NCBI GenBank assembly: GCA_030680695.1
Contig: JAUXUT010000149.1
Location: 302,933-354,999 of the forward strand
Origin: a bacterium
Lineage (GTDB): Bacteria; Patescibacteriota; Minisyncoccia; Phycocordibacterales; UBA6065
Direction: 5' to 3'
Length of the DNA stretch: 52,067 nucleotides
Part shown: positions 17,254-26,044 of the stretch, piece after piece
Position numbering within the stretch: the stretch's first letter is position 1
Layout of the letters: each line of letters starts with the position of its first letter
Notes under the pieces: generated by a model
What the model saw: the letters and a program-made list of their open reading frames with translations, nothing else
Told to the model about the DNA's origin: nothing
The model's database searches: none
Made by a program: the position numbers and the translations under genes

Positions 17254-17544
17254 ATGAAAAAGATGATTAGAAAGATTGTTGCGTTCTTCGAAAGGCGCCG
17301 TATGGCCATCAATATCTTGGCCCTGCGCAAACAAGCCAGGATTCAAGAGAGGCTCGTCGACAAGTTCGAGGATGACATCAACATCCTCCGAAGCCGAATC
17401 GCACAACGCCCCGATTACGCTCCGTCGAAACAACAGCTTCAGAAGGAGCTCGACGCCCGTGAGGCAGATGCGCGGGTCACCCGCGAAACTGCCGATGCCC
17501 TCCGCAATCAAGCCTCGAAGGAATGGAATGATCTGTTCGCCTAA
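17254..17544 (+). CDS. Hypothetical coiled-coil protein (96 aa)
   Basis: Own promoter and terminator; heptad-like charged composition. Confidence 0.75.
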   Translation: MKKMIRKIVAFFERRRMAINILALRKQARIQERLVDKFEDDINILRSRIAQRPDYAPSKQQLQKELDAREADARVTRETADALRNQASKEWNDLFA

Positions 17545-17566
17545 CATTCCTCACAAGACAGTTTCA

Positions 17567-17594
17567 GGGCCGCGACTTCGTCGCGGCCCTTTTC
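17567..17594 (+). terminator. Intrinsic terminator
   Basis: GGGCCGCGAC/GTCGCGGCCC stem plus T tract. Confidence 0.85.
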
Positions 17595-17677
17595 TTTCCC
17601 TCTTTTTGCCTTCTTTGCCTTTTTCGCGCTTTTCTATAGACTGAAGCAATACGCATAGCCGCCGCGTTCAAACTAAT

Positions 17678-18274
17678 ATGGTCCCTATTCTCCAAAAAGA
17701 CGCCCCTGTCCTCCGTGAAATCGCCAAGCCAGTCACCAAAGACATGTTCGGTACGCCAGAGCTCACCAAAATCCTACGCGACATGTCCGAAGCCCTCGCC
17801 TCACAAGACGACGGCGTAGCCATCGCCGCGCCGCAAATCGGTGTGTCTTTGCGCATCTTCGCGGTCGCTGGCGATGTGTTCGAGCTCATGAGGGAAGCAT
17901 CAGGCGACGCTGATGATGCTGGCGATGATAGCCGTGGTGGCGACGCGGATGGAACAAGTGATAAAAAAGCCGGTAGCAAGCGCAGCAAAAAACGCCCAGC
18001 AGACATCGTCTTCATAAACCCGAAAATTGTAAAGCTGTCCCGCGATAAAGAAGTCATGGAGGAAGGCTGTCTGTCGGTGCGGCCGCTCTATGGAAATACC
18101 GTGCGATCAAAAAAGGCCCGCATACGTGCACAGGATGCCAACGGTAAAGAATTCGAGCTCGGCGGCACCGGACTTCTTGCCCAAATATTCCAACATGAAA
18201 CAGACCACCTCGAAGGCGTTCTTTTCATAGACCACGCTACTGACCTGCGCGATATGAATGAAGAGAAAAAATGA
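17678..18274 (+). CDS. def: Peptide deformylase
   Basis: GVAIAAPQ, EGCLS, QHETDHLEG; paired with fmt. Confidence 0.95.
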   Translation: MVPILQKDAPVLREIAKPVTKDMFGTPELTKILRDMSEALASQDDGVAIAAPQIGVSLRIFAVAGDVFELMREASGDADDAGDDSRGGDADGTSDKKAGSKRSKKRPADIVFINPKIVKLSRDKEVMEEGCLSVRPLYGNTVRSKKARIRAQDANGKEFELGGTGLLAQIFQHETDHLEGVLFIDHATDLRDMNEEKK

Positions 18275-19191
18275 AAAACCCCGTATCAAACGCAAAGATA
18301 GCCTTTTGGGGAACTCCGGACTTTGCGGTGTTGGTTCTCGCCGCGCTTGAAAAGCGCGGAATCCTGCCAGATCTCGTAGTCTGCGCGCCTGACGCTCCGA
18401 AAGGCCGCAAACTCGTCGTGACTCCCCCACCAACGAAAGTCTGGGCTATCGAACGAGGAATTCCTTTCATTCAACCGACCGAAATCAAAAGTGCAGAATT
18501 CGCGCAGACGCTCGCCTCTTTATGCCCAGACAAGGGTCCGAGTGCAAACAATCCGAGCGGAGATCGCCGTTGGGACCTCTTCATTGTGGCGGCATACGGA
18601 AAAATCATCCCCGAACACATCCTCTATGCTCCTGTACGCAAGACAATCAATGTTCATCCATCGATGCTGCCTCTGTTGCGCGGATCGTCGCCTTTGCAGT
18701 CCGCAATACTTGCCGATATGCGCGACACCGGCACGACCATCATGCTTCTCGACAAAGAAATGGACCATGGTCCGCTGCTCGCCCAAAAACAAGCAACGTT
18801 CACAGAGTGGCCCGTCGACACCGAAACTCTGGGGCGAATACTGGCCCAAGACGGCGGTGATTTAATCGCAGACATCCTGCCATATATACTCGACGGTAGC
18901 GCCCACGCCACCGAACAAGATCATTCCAAGGCGACATACACAAAAAAAATAACAAAGGAAGACGGTCTCATTAACCTTGCCGAAGACGGGTATGATAACT
19001 GGCTCAAATTCAATGTATACAAGGGCTGGCCAGGCAGTTTCTTTTTCATCGACAAAGACGGCAAACAAATACGTGTCTCAATAACCGACGCGGCATACGC
19101 CGACGGTGTATTCTCGCCTCTCAAAGCAGTGCCGGAAGGCAAAAGCGAGATGGCTTGGGACGAATTCGAACGCGGCTACAGCAATCGTTAG
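18271..19191 (+). CDS. fmt: Methionyl-tRNA formyltransferase
   Basis: FWGTPDFA, VAAYGKI, INVHPSMLP..RGSSPLQ, MDHGP; ATGA overlap with def. Confidence 0.95.
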   Translation: MKNPVSNAKIAFWGTPDFAVLVLAALEKRGILPDLVVCAPDAPKGRKLVVTPPPTKVWAIERGIPFIQPTEIKSAEFAQTLASLCPDKGPSANNPSGDRRWDLFIVAAYGKIIPEHILYAPVRKTINVHPSMLPLLRGSSPLQSAILADMRDTGTTIMLLDKEMDHGPLLAQKQATFTEWPVDTETLGRILAQDGGDLIADILPYILDGSAHATEQDHSKATYTKKITKEDGLINLAEDGYDNWLKFNVYKGWPGSFFFIDKDGKQIRVSITDAAYADGVFSPLKAVPEGKSEMAWDEFERGYSNR

Positions 19192-19366
19192 ATGCCTTTC
19201 GCCTCGTCTACAAGATCCTTAAGTTCAAGTGGTACCGTCCTGTGACTTATCGCCTCGGCATTTTTCTGTGTCGTCTGAACAAAATAATACAGACTGCCAA
19301 CAAAGAGCAGGCATGCCCCACAAAACGTCAGTACTCTTTTTGGTAATGTCTGATCTTTCATAATTA

Positions 19367-19747
19367 TTATTTACCCCCCATCCACGGCAGGCCCTTTAGC
19401 ATCTGTTTGAGGCGTAGGCCGTTTCTCCTTACGAAATCTAGTTTCTTGGATTTGGTCGAGCATAGGGATTCGACGAGTTCGTCTTTGGCGGCGATAAGGG
19501 CAACGAAGAGGTCCTCTTTCTCAGCTTCAGCACGCAAATTACCGACTTTGGAATGCAGATTTATCTCGGCACGGAATATGTCTCCGGAACGATGGTGATT
19601 GGTTGTCCTGCCCACTTCGATATCAACAAGAACGCTTTCATCAGCGGGGTCAGTAAACTTCTCGATGGCTGCGACTACTTTGTCTATTGCTTCGTCTATC
19701 GACGGGTCTAGAGAGAGTCCGGTGGCTTTTACAGTTTTTTTGATCAT
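19367..19747 (-). CDS. hpf: Ribosome hibernation promoting factor (HPF/RaiA family)
   Basis: KATGLSLDPSI, FRAEINL, LRAEAEKEDLFVALIAAKDEL pattern. Confidence 0.85.
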   Translation of the reverse strand: MIKKTVKATGLSLDPSIDEAIDKVVAAIEKFTDPADESVLVDIEVGRTTNHHRSGDIFRAEINLHSKVGNLRAEAEKEDLFVALIAAKDELVESLCSTKSKKLDFVRRNGLRLKQMLKGLPWMGGK

Positions 19748-19922
19748 CGGTTTTATGCTTACTATTCATTATACGATATATACGGCCAGAGGCGAGATGC
19801 CTTTCATGTTTTAGTGTGAAATGAAAAGCGATTAGCATCGTACTTGGTATACGAGGGGCCTCTACAAAGCAGCTACCTCGCGGACAAATCTGCCCCACAT
19901 TACCCTTAACCAAAAGAAGCCT

Positions 19923-20579
19923 ATGGACAAAAGACCCATAACCTGGGCCTTTGGCGGCTTTCTCGCCCTCGCCCTTGTGGCGTCCGGCGCAGGCCTCGCA
20001 AACGCCCAGACGATGCTCAACCCTGATGGTAGTGTGAGCGACCAAAACAACCAGACCACAGGCCAAACCACCACCCAAACTGGGACGAGTACAGACGCGA
20101 TGAATACAGAAAACTTAACCCAGCCGGTGGTATTCACCATATCTGACCTGACCATTGGATCGACTGGTCAGGAAGTGGTTCTGCTCCAGGGATTCCTGTC
20201 CGAGCTCGGATTCCTCGTCATGCCGATAGGTGTCCCTATGGGATACTTCGGCGAACTCACAGGCGAACTCACAGCTGATGCCCTTGCTCGATACCAAACA
20301 TCTGTCGGAGTGCCTGCCACTGGGTATTTTGGACCGCTTACGAGGATAGCCGTGGCCGCGCAGTTCTATCAAAACGGCTGGATCGAGTTCTTCGTCAACA
20401 GCACCAGTACCTCCCCTAACACATCTTCTGGGGCCATGTCTTCAGAAGTGTCGTGGTGGTATAACTCTGTCGATAACACCTGGAACTACACTGTGACCGA
20501 TTACGGAACGACCACCAATGACATGCAGGACCAAACCATACCGAGCACCGTGATAGACGATACTGCGGATAATAACTAA
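19923..20579 (+). CDS. Secreted peptidoglycan-binding-domain protein
   Basis: Signal peptide, Thr/Gln-rich spacer, LTIGSTGQEV..LQGFL...GYFG..T..AL..YQ....GYFGPLT (PG_binding_1-like). Confidence 0.85.
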   Translation: MDKRPITWAFGGFLALALVASGAGLANAQTMLNPDGSVSDQNNQTTGQTTTQTGTSTDAMNTENLTQPVVFTISDLTIGSTGQEVVLLQGFLSELGFLVMPIGVPMGYFGELTGELTADALARYQTSVGVPATGYFGPLTRIAVAAQFYQNGWIEFFVNSTSTSPNTSSGAMSSEVSWWYNSVDNTWNYTVTDYGTTTNDMQDQTIPSTVIDDTADNN

Positions 20580-20605
20580 TCTCCGATTATCTGAAAACCT
20601 CTAAC

Positions 20606-20634
20606 GGAAAAGCGCCCCCTTGGGGCGCTTTTCC
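20606..20634. terminator. Bidirectional terminator
   Basis: 13-bp perfect stem GGAAAAGCGCCCC/GGGGCGCTTTTCC between convergent genes. Confidence 0.8.
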
Positions 20635-20703
20635 ATTGATTGTATATACGTGTATAGAAGTACATCCGCATATCCAGACGTGGATACTGCGTGGCCGTGA
20701 CAA

Positions 20704-21102
20704 CTATACGCCCCTCGCAAAAAGGATACGGTACTGTCCCCTGCACTGCCAGAGGAAGTAAAGATTGATGACAAGAAGAACATCCGCCATGAGCGAACCC
20801 ATTGTAAAGAGTCCGCCATCGAGGAAGTAATGGAAGCCGACGATACAAACCGTTATCGGCAGTATGAGAATCGCGGCAAGGGCCGTCCTGCCAGAGATGA
20901 TCGATATCGCCGCAAGAGCGAACACAATCGCGATGATCCAGTTGATATACCCTGTCGCCATAAGCGCATCAATGAAAGCAAAGGCCTCCGGCGTGTTATA
21001 CAGGTCGGGTGTCGGAGGCGAGAATGCGCCAAGAACACCAAGTATCGGACTGATCATGATAAGGACGAGGACAATCTTGAGGGTGGTGTTTAAGATTTTC
21101 AT
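20704..21102 (-). CDS. DoxX-like membrane protein
   Basis: Four hydrophobic segments; FIDALMATGY and LPITVCIVGFH pattern typical of DoxX-family proteins. Confidence 0.7.
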   Translation of the reverse strand: MKILNTTLKIVLVLIMISPILGVLGAFSPPTPDLYNTPEAFAFIDALMATGYINWIIAIVFALAAISIISGRTALAAILILPITVCIVGFHYFLDGGLFTMGSLMADVLLVINLYFLWQCRGQYRILFARGV

Positions 21103-21138
21103 ATGCGTTAAAAATATTGCCCTTATATACTAACAAAT

Positions 21139-21164
21139 AAAAGGCCCGCATCGCTGCGGGCCTT
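21139..21164 (-). terminator. Intrinsic terminator
   Basis: GGCCCGCA/TGCGGGCC stem with T4 on the - strand. Confidence 0.7.
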
Positions 21165-21184
21165 GGGATAACATTCAGGGCGAG

Positions 21185-21439
21185 TCAGGCATCAGTGATC
21201 GGCCGATTTCTCCGCCAGCTCTGGTAGGTCACTACCCACCAAGCTGATGTCAAAAGAATTGTGAAGACCACCGACACGTAAAGACCGAGCGTCCAGAGGG
21301 TTGGGATGTAGATGGTGAGAACCATGGACGTCACAAACCCTGTCATAAATGCTGGCTTCTCCTTCGCCCTGATAGTCGGGATGAGAGAGATGAAGAAGAA
21401 CAACTGCCCGAAAGTAAACACTACATCTTGCCAAAGCAC
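21185..21439 (-). CDS. Small 3-TM membrane protein, possibly SemiSWEET/PQ-loop fold
   Basis: 84 aa, three hydrophobic helices, Pro after TM1 (SLIPTI); promoter TTGACT-17-TATCAT upstream. Confidence 0.6.
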   Translation of the reverse strand: MLWQDVVFTFGQLFFFISLIPTIRAKEKPAFMTGFVTSMVLTIYIPTLWTLGLYVSVVFTILLTSAWWVVTYQSWRRNRPITDA

Positions 21440-21552
21440 GGGGACCTCCTTGGTTGAGAGTTCATTTCCATGAATACAAAAGCATATTTCTGTCTATGCT
21501 GCAAAATTGCTACTACCTCTATGATAGCATTTTATTGTACAAAAGTCAAGTG

Positions 21553-21624
21553 CTCCGGGAGCAGGGATCGAACCTGCGACCAATCGCTTAACAGGCGACT
21601 GCTCTACCGCTGAGCTATCCCGGA
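21553..21624 (-). tRNA. tRNA-Asn(GTT)
   Basis: Cloverleaf with acceptor TCCGGGA/TCCCGGA, anticodon loop CT-GTT-AA, GTTCGATC T arm; CCA not encoded. Confidence 0.97.
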
Positions 21625-21663
21625 ATTCCGCTATCATAGCAGATTCAAGCTATAATGGAAGAT

Positions 21664-22269
21664 ATGGCCGAGCCGACACGTACCAACAAGGAAATCGACG
21701 CAGAACTCGTCAAAAGGGCGCTCGCTGAAAGCGAAGAGTTCGGCAGGCTCATCGAGAAATATCAGGAACCCATGCGCCGATATGTGCGCCGAATTGCCCG
21801 CCCCACCCCAGACGAGCTCGACATACTTCTCCAAGACATCTTTATCAAGGTGTACGAGAATCTGAACGACTTCGACCAAGACCTGCCGTTCTCGTCATGG
21901 ATATACCGCATCGCCCACAACGAAGCCATAGATCATCTGCGTCGCGGAAAAAGGTTTGGGGCATCGCTCGACTCCCCTGCCTATGACAGTGAAAATCTGA
22001 CCCTGGCCGAAACCATGCCAGACGGCACTGACATTGCATCGGAAACGGACATGCAGTACCAGAAAAAAGCTATCGAGGCTCTGCTTGACGAGCTCGAACC
22101 GAAATACCGGTCGGTGCTCGTTCTTAAGTTCCTGGAAGAGCGCGGATATGAAGAAATATCAGACATTTTAAGAAAACCCCCCGGTACGGTGGCCACCCTC
22201 ATCCACCGGGCCAAAAAAGAATTCCGGAGGTTGGCCGATGAAAGAGGGATAGACGTCAAAAACATATGA
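21664..22269 (+). CDS. ECF sigma-70 family RNA polymerase sigma factor (alternative start 21655)
   Basis: DILLQDIFIKVYENL..F, FSSWIYRIAHNEAID (region 2); YEEISDILRKPPGTVATLIHRAK (region 4). Confidence 0.92.
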   Translation: MAEPTRTNKEIDAELVKRALAESEEFGRLIEKYQEPMRRYVRRIARPTPDELDILLQDIFIKVYENLNDFDQDLPFSSWIYRIAHNEAIDHLRRGKRFGASLDSPAYDSENLTLAETMPDGTDIASETDMQYQKKAIEALLDELEPKYRSVLVLKFLEERGYEEISDILRKPPGTVATLIHRAKKEFRRLADERGIDVKNI

Positions 22270-22964
22270 AGACCATGACATTAGAAAAACAGATTCTCGC
22301 GCGAATACGCAAAGACAAGGTCAAGCCGAAGGCCCGAGGCTGGTTCCTCGCGCGTGACACGGCAATCTGGTCACTCCTTCTTGTCTTCGTGGCCGCCCTT
22401 GGCCTCTCCTTCGGTATGGTCATCTTCGCTGTGTTTTCGACGGACGTAATGCTCCTCAACAAGCTCGGACTGACCGCATTCGAGAAAATCGCTTCAGCAG
22501 TGCCATACTTCTGGATCCTGGCGACACTAGTCGTGGGACTCGGGTCATATGCCGTATACCGCAGCACTCGCCACGGATATCGTTTGGGCACAATGAGGTT
22601 CCTTGCAGGGGCTTGCCTGCTCGCCGTCGGCGCTGGCGCCCTCGTATACGCCTTGCGCATCGCCGAATATGTCGACACAGTCGCATCCCAAAACGTTCCT
22701 CTGTACAACGTGGTTGTGCCAATCAATGCGGGCAGCTGGTTCGATCCTGACAACGGGCTCCTATCAGGAACAATGCGCGCCCGAGAATCCGAAAAGGAAT
22801 TCACACTCCGCGACAGAGACCTCGTGATCTGGACCGTGGATTCGTCGGCGCTCGACATATACGAAGATCCGCGCTTCCAGTCAGGTGAGCGCGTGAAAAT
22901 CATCGGCGAACGTACGGGTCCCGATACTTTCAAAGCAACAGAGATTATGCCGTGGCGAGACTAG
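22266..22964 (+). CDS. Membrane protein coupled to the ECF sigma; putative anti-sigma factor
   Basis: ATGA overlap with the sigma gene; short cytoplasmic N-terminus, three TM helices, extracytoplasmic OB-like (DUF5666-like) tail. Confidence 0.7.
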   Translation: MKTMTLEKQILARIRKDKVKPKARGWFLARDTAIWSLLLVFVAALGLSFGMVIFAVFSTDVMLLNKLGLTAFEKIASAVPYFWILATLVVGLGSYAVYRSTRHGYRLGTMRFLAGACLLAVGAGALVYALRIAEYVDTVASQNVPLYNVVVPINAGSWFDPDNGLLSGTMRARESEKEFTLRDRDLVIWTVDSSALDIYEDPRFQSGERVKIIGERTGPDTFKATEIMPWRD

Positions 22965-23614
22965 GCCACTGTCATCGCGTTCTCGACATGATATTCGCCA
23001 TGTTCACCTATCGATACGCGGCGCAATTCCTTAAGCGTCGCAACCGTGCCCAGTCTCTTCCCTAACTCTTCAGCCAAACTGCGCACGTATGTGCCGCTCG
23101 ATACGTCAAAACTGGCACGGACAACATTGGTCGCCGCATCATATCCATAAAACAAGGCATTGCGCACGACCATGTGTCGCACAGGCTGCTCTACAGCTAT
23201 ACCTTCACGGGCGTACTTATACAAAGGTTTGCCGTCTTTCTTGATGGCAGAATATAAAGACACGGCCAAGTCATGCTCGCCCTTCATCGCGAGCACCGCG
23301 TCGCGCACGGCGCTTTCAACGAGCGGAGGCACAGGCTTTTCGTCCACGACCTTGCCGTCGAGGTCCCCGCTGTCAGTTGCGATACCAAGCAGTATCTCGG
23401 CGTCGTATACTTTCGGCAATCCCACGAGCGCTGTGAGTTTCTTTGTACCTTCGTTCACACCGATAATCAAAAGACCTGTGGCACGCGGATCGAGAGTCCC
23501 CGCATGGCCCATCTTTCGTATGCCCAGGCGTTTACGCAAGACCCGAATGACGTCAAAAGATGTCATCCCAGCTGGCTTGTCTATAAGTATGAGCCCGTCC
23601 TGTGTCTTTGCCAT
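22961..23614 (-). CDS. truB: tRNA pseudouridine(55) synthase TruB, no PUA domain
   Basis: IDKPAGMTSFDV, KMGHAGTLDPRATG, SSGTYVRSLA, LRRVSIG; 217 aa. Confidence 0.96.
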   Translation of the reverse strand: MAKTQDGLILIDKPAGMTSFDVIRVLRKRLGIRKMGHAGTLDPRATGLLIIGVNEGTKKLTALVGLPKVYDAEILLGIATDSGDLDGKVVDEKPVPPLVESAVRDAVLAMKGEHDLAVSLYSAIKKDGKPLYKYAREGIAVEQPVRHMVVRNALFYGYDAATNVVRASFDVSSGTYVRSLAEELGKRLGTVATLKELRRVSIGEHGEYHVENAMTVA

Positions 23615-23623
23615 GTCGCCAGA

Positions 23624-24820
23624 CTATCGCTTCACCACGCGATACACAACCCCTGCATGGTCATCCGAAATGAATATCGTTCCACCGGGCATTGCCTTTA
23701 TATCCACAGGCCTTCCGACCTTGGTCCCGTCAGGACGCAGCCATCCGGTGATGAAGTCTTCTACGCCTTGATAAGCGCCGTGCGCGTCAAGCTTCATGCG
23801 CACAATTTTGTATCCGGTCGGCACACTGCGATTCCATGATCCGTGATATGCGACAAGCGCGTCGTACCACATATTCTCATCCCAACCTTCTTCCGGTACG
23901 AATGCGAAACCGAGAGGCGCCGAATGAGCCGGTATGTCTATGTGTGAACCAATTTCAAACGGCTCCATGCATGGATTGCGTATATAAGTCTTTTTGTCGA
24001 ACGCTGTGTCGTGAATATTCTTGCCGTAACAAATCGGCCAACCGTAATTTGCACCTTCCTTGAGTATATTGATTTCATCCGGTGGAATATCATCACCAAG
24101 TCCGTCGCGCCCCATTTCAGTCACCCACATGTCGCCTGTCACTGGGTGTGTGACGATGAAAACCGCGTTGCGCAATCCGCTCGCGAATTCGCTCATTTCG
24201 CCCGTCTTCACATCGTATGCAAGCACTTTGGCGCGACGCGAATCTGATTCGTCGCAGACATTGCAAGACGAACCGATTGAAACAAGGAGCGTATCGTGGT
24301 CCGGATACGGCATGAATGCGATAGATCGCGTGAAATGCGTGCCAGTACTGCCCCTGGGAAGCTCCAAAAGCTTCGTCCTGTTGGTTGCCTTCATGGTCGC
24401 GGCATCGTAGTCGAAAACGTACAACCCATCCGTTTCAGCGACATAAAGGACGCATTCCGTGTCACACCTGAAAGCCAAACCGTGCGGCAAGGTGAGTCCA
24501 GAGGCAACAATCGTTTTTATCTCGGCCTTGCCATCACCATCTCTGTCAACAATCGCCGTTATTGTGCCTTTCGAAGGCTGGCTCACCAAAATCTCACCAG
24601 ATGGCCCGAATTCCATGACGCGTGCATCTGCAATACCATCCGCGTATACAGACATTGTAAAGCCAGCTGGCAATGTGAATCCTTCGAGCAATCCTTCAAT
24701 CTCGACCAATTCCCCACCGTCGCCAGGAACCTTAATCGGCCCGTATTTCTCATACCCAATTGCCGCCGCGATTGCGATAACGAGCAAAAGACATCCGATA
24801 ATAATGAGCGATTTCTTCAT
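23624..24820 (-). CDS. PQQ-dependent sugar dehydrogenase (GSDH beta-propeller family)
   Basis: Signal anchor; HFTRSIAF, SIGSSCN, GLRNAV, NYGWP, HSAPLG, GRPVD, ISDDHAG. Confidence 0.9.
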   Translation of the reverse strand: MKKSLIIIGCLLLVIAIAAAIGYEKYGPIKVPGDGGELVEIEGLLEGFTLPAGFTMSVYADGIADARVMEFGPSGEILVSQPSKGTITAIVDRDGDGKAEIKTIVASGLTLPHGLAFRCDTECVLYVAETDGLYVFDYDAATMKATNRTKLLELPRGSTGTHFTRSIAFMPYPDHDTLLVSIGSSCNVCDESDSRRAKVLAYDVKTGEMSEFASGLRNAVFIVTHPVTGDMWVTEMGRDGLGDDIPPDEINILKEGANYGWPICYGKNIHDTAFDKKTYIRNPCMEPFEIGSHIDIPAHSAPLGFAFVPEEGWDENMWYDALVAYHGSWNRSVPTGYKIVRMKLDAHGAYQGVEDFITGWLRPDGTKVGRPVDIKAMPGGTIFISDDHAGVVYRVVKR

Positions 24821-24832
24821 AGTTAATAATGA

Positions 24833-25477
24833 TTAGCGAGCTACGATATCAGCCGAGATTTTCACTTCGTCATCAACAGAAGCGACGAATGGCACACTTG
24901 GGATAACCAAGCCGTAATCCGATCGGGACACAACGGTAGTGGCGGTACCGATGACCGTACCGTTCACAATTGCGGCATCAATACTGAATGTGGCAGGCTT
25001 TGTAACCCCGGCGATAGTGAGATTTCCAGACACAGTAAACTTTTGGGCAGTCGACGCGAGAGGACGAGCAGGGCCTTGGACAGACGTCGGCTCAAAAACG
25101 ATGAATTCGTTGGCCGCGGCTTCGGACCTGAGGATGGCGCGTGCAATTGCACCATCACGTCTATCGTTGTCGGTCTTGAAGGTTCGCGCGTTTATTCTGA
25201 TTGTACCGAGCGATACCGAGTCCGCATCGACGGTTATTGTTCCAGCAATCTGCGTCGTGGTACCGACCGCCGTAAATGGTGATCCATTAAGAATCTCACC
25301 GACCTCGAACTTGACCATTGATTCGCTCGCAACGATATTGTACGTCCCAGCGATGCTTGATGTCGCATTAAAGTCAGTGATGTCTTGGCTCGGGGCCGAA
25401 GGAGCACGGGTGACATACAAGTACGCGCCAATTGCGAGGACTGCAATGACAAGGACAGTGATGAGTGTCTTATTCAT
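24833..25477 (-). CDS. YceI family polyisoprenoid-binding protein
   Basis: Signal anchor; ES-VKF, TDNDRRD, GNLTIAGVTKP, RSDYG, VDDEVKI. Confidence 0.88.
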   Translation of the reverse strand: MNKTLITVLVIAVLAIGAYLYVTRAPSAPSQDITDFNATSSIAGTYNIVASESMVKFEVGEILNGSPFTAVGTTTQIAGTITVDADSVSLGTIRINARTFKTDNDRRDGAIARAILRSEAAANEFIVFEPTSVQGPARPLASTAQKFTVSGNLTIAGVTKPATFSIDAAIVNGTVIGTATTVVSRSDYGLVIPSVPFVASVDDEVKISADIVAR

Positions 25478-25480
25478 GGA

Positions 25481-25885
25481 TTATTGGATTATGCGCAAGT
25501 AATGAGAAGATGATTCACACGGTACGATGTCGCCACGAGATGTCATACTGCCCCTGGCTTCAACAGTCATGCCTTCCTTAATGGTCGAAACATCGACAAT
25601 GGCATCGCGCGCCGCACACAGCATGATGCCCATCGAAGGAACGGCGATAATTTCTTCAACCCCGTCAGAACCCCTGACCATTATGACGTATGGTCCGTCG
25701 AACATTGCTTGTTCAAGGTCCACCACAGTCACAACACCACGGACTTCGATGCTATTCACTGGAGCGTTTTGATTCAAACCTCCGTTTTCAACAGATGAAT
25801 CATCGAGTCCGGCTGTCCTCAATACCGCATACACAGCAAGTGCCAAAATGGCGACTACTACAATGATGGTGATCGATTTTTTCAT
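25481..25885 (-). CDS. Hypothetical membrane-anchored protein (134 aa)
   Basis: N-terminal TM helix followed by a beta-rich domain; first gene of the operon with yceI and GSDH. Confidence 0.75.
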   Translation of the reverse strand: MKKSITIIVVVAILALAVYAVLRTAGLDDSSVENGGLNQNAPVNSIEVRGVVTVVDLEQAMFDGPYVIMVRGSDGVEEIIAVPSMGIMLCAARDAIVDVSTIKEGMTVEARGSMTSRGDIVPCESSSHYLRIIQ

Positions 25886-26044
25886 ATTGTTAATTACATT
25901 ATTCCGTGCCCTTACTATATCACGCTGACTACGGCCTGAAATAAAGGCCTTTCGGTGCCGTCGCCAGATATGAGCATCCTGATACGACCAACCGCTTGAT
26001 CCCGGACCGTCTACCGATTTAAACCGCTTAACGATGCCACTTAC

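Noticed and set aside
19155-19346. 63-aa ORF overlapping the fmt 3' end
   Set aside because: TTG start inside fmt and no recognisable motif; insufficient support.
25925-25970. c-di-GMP-I or c-di-AMP riboswitch in the GH113 leader
   Set aside because: A hairpin (ACGGC/GCCGT) loosely resembles GEMM P2, but the P1 GNAAA/GAAA elements and the ydaO core are missing.
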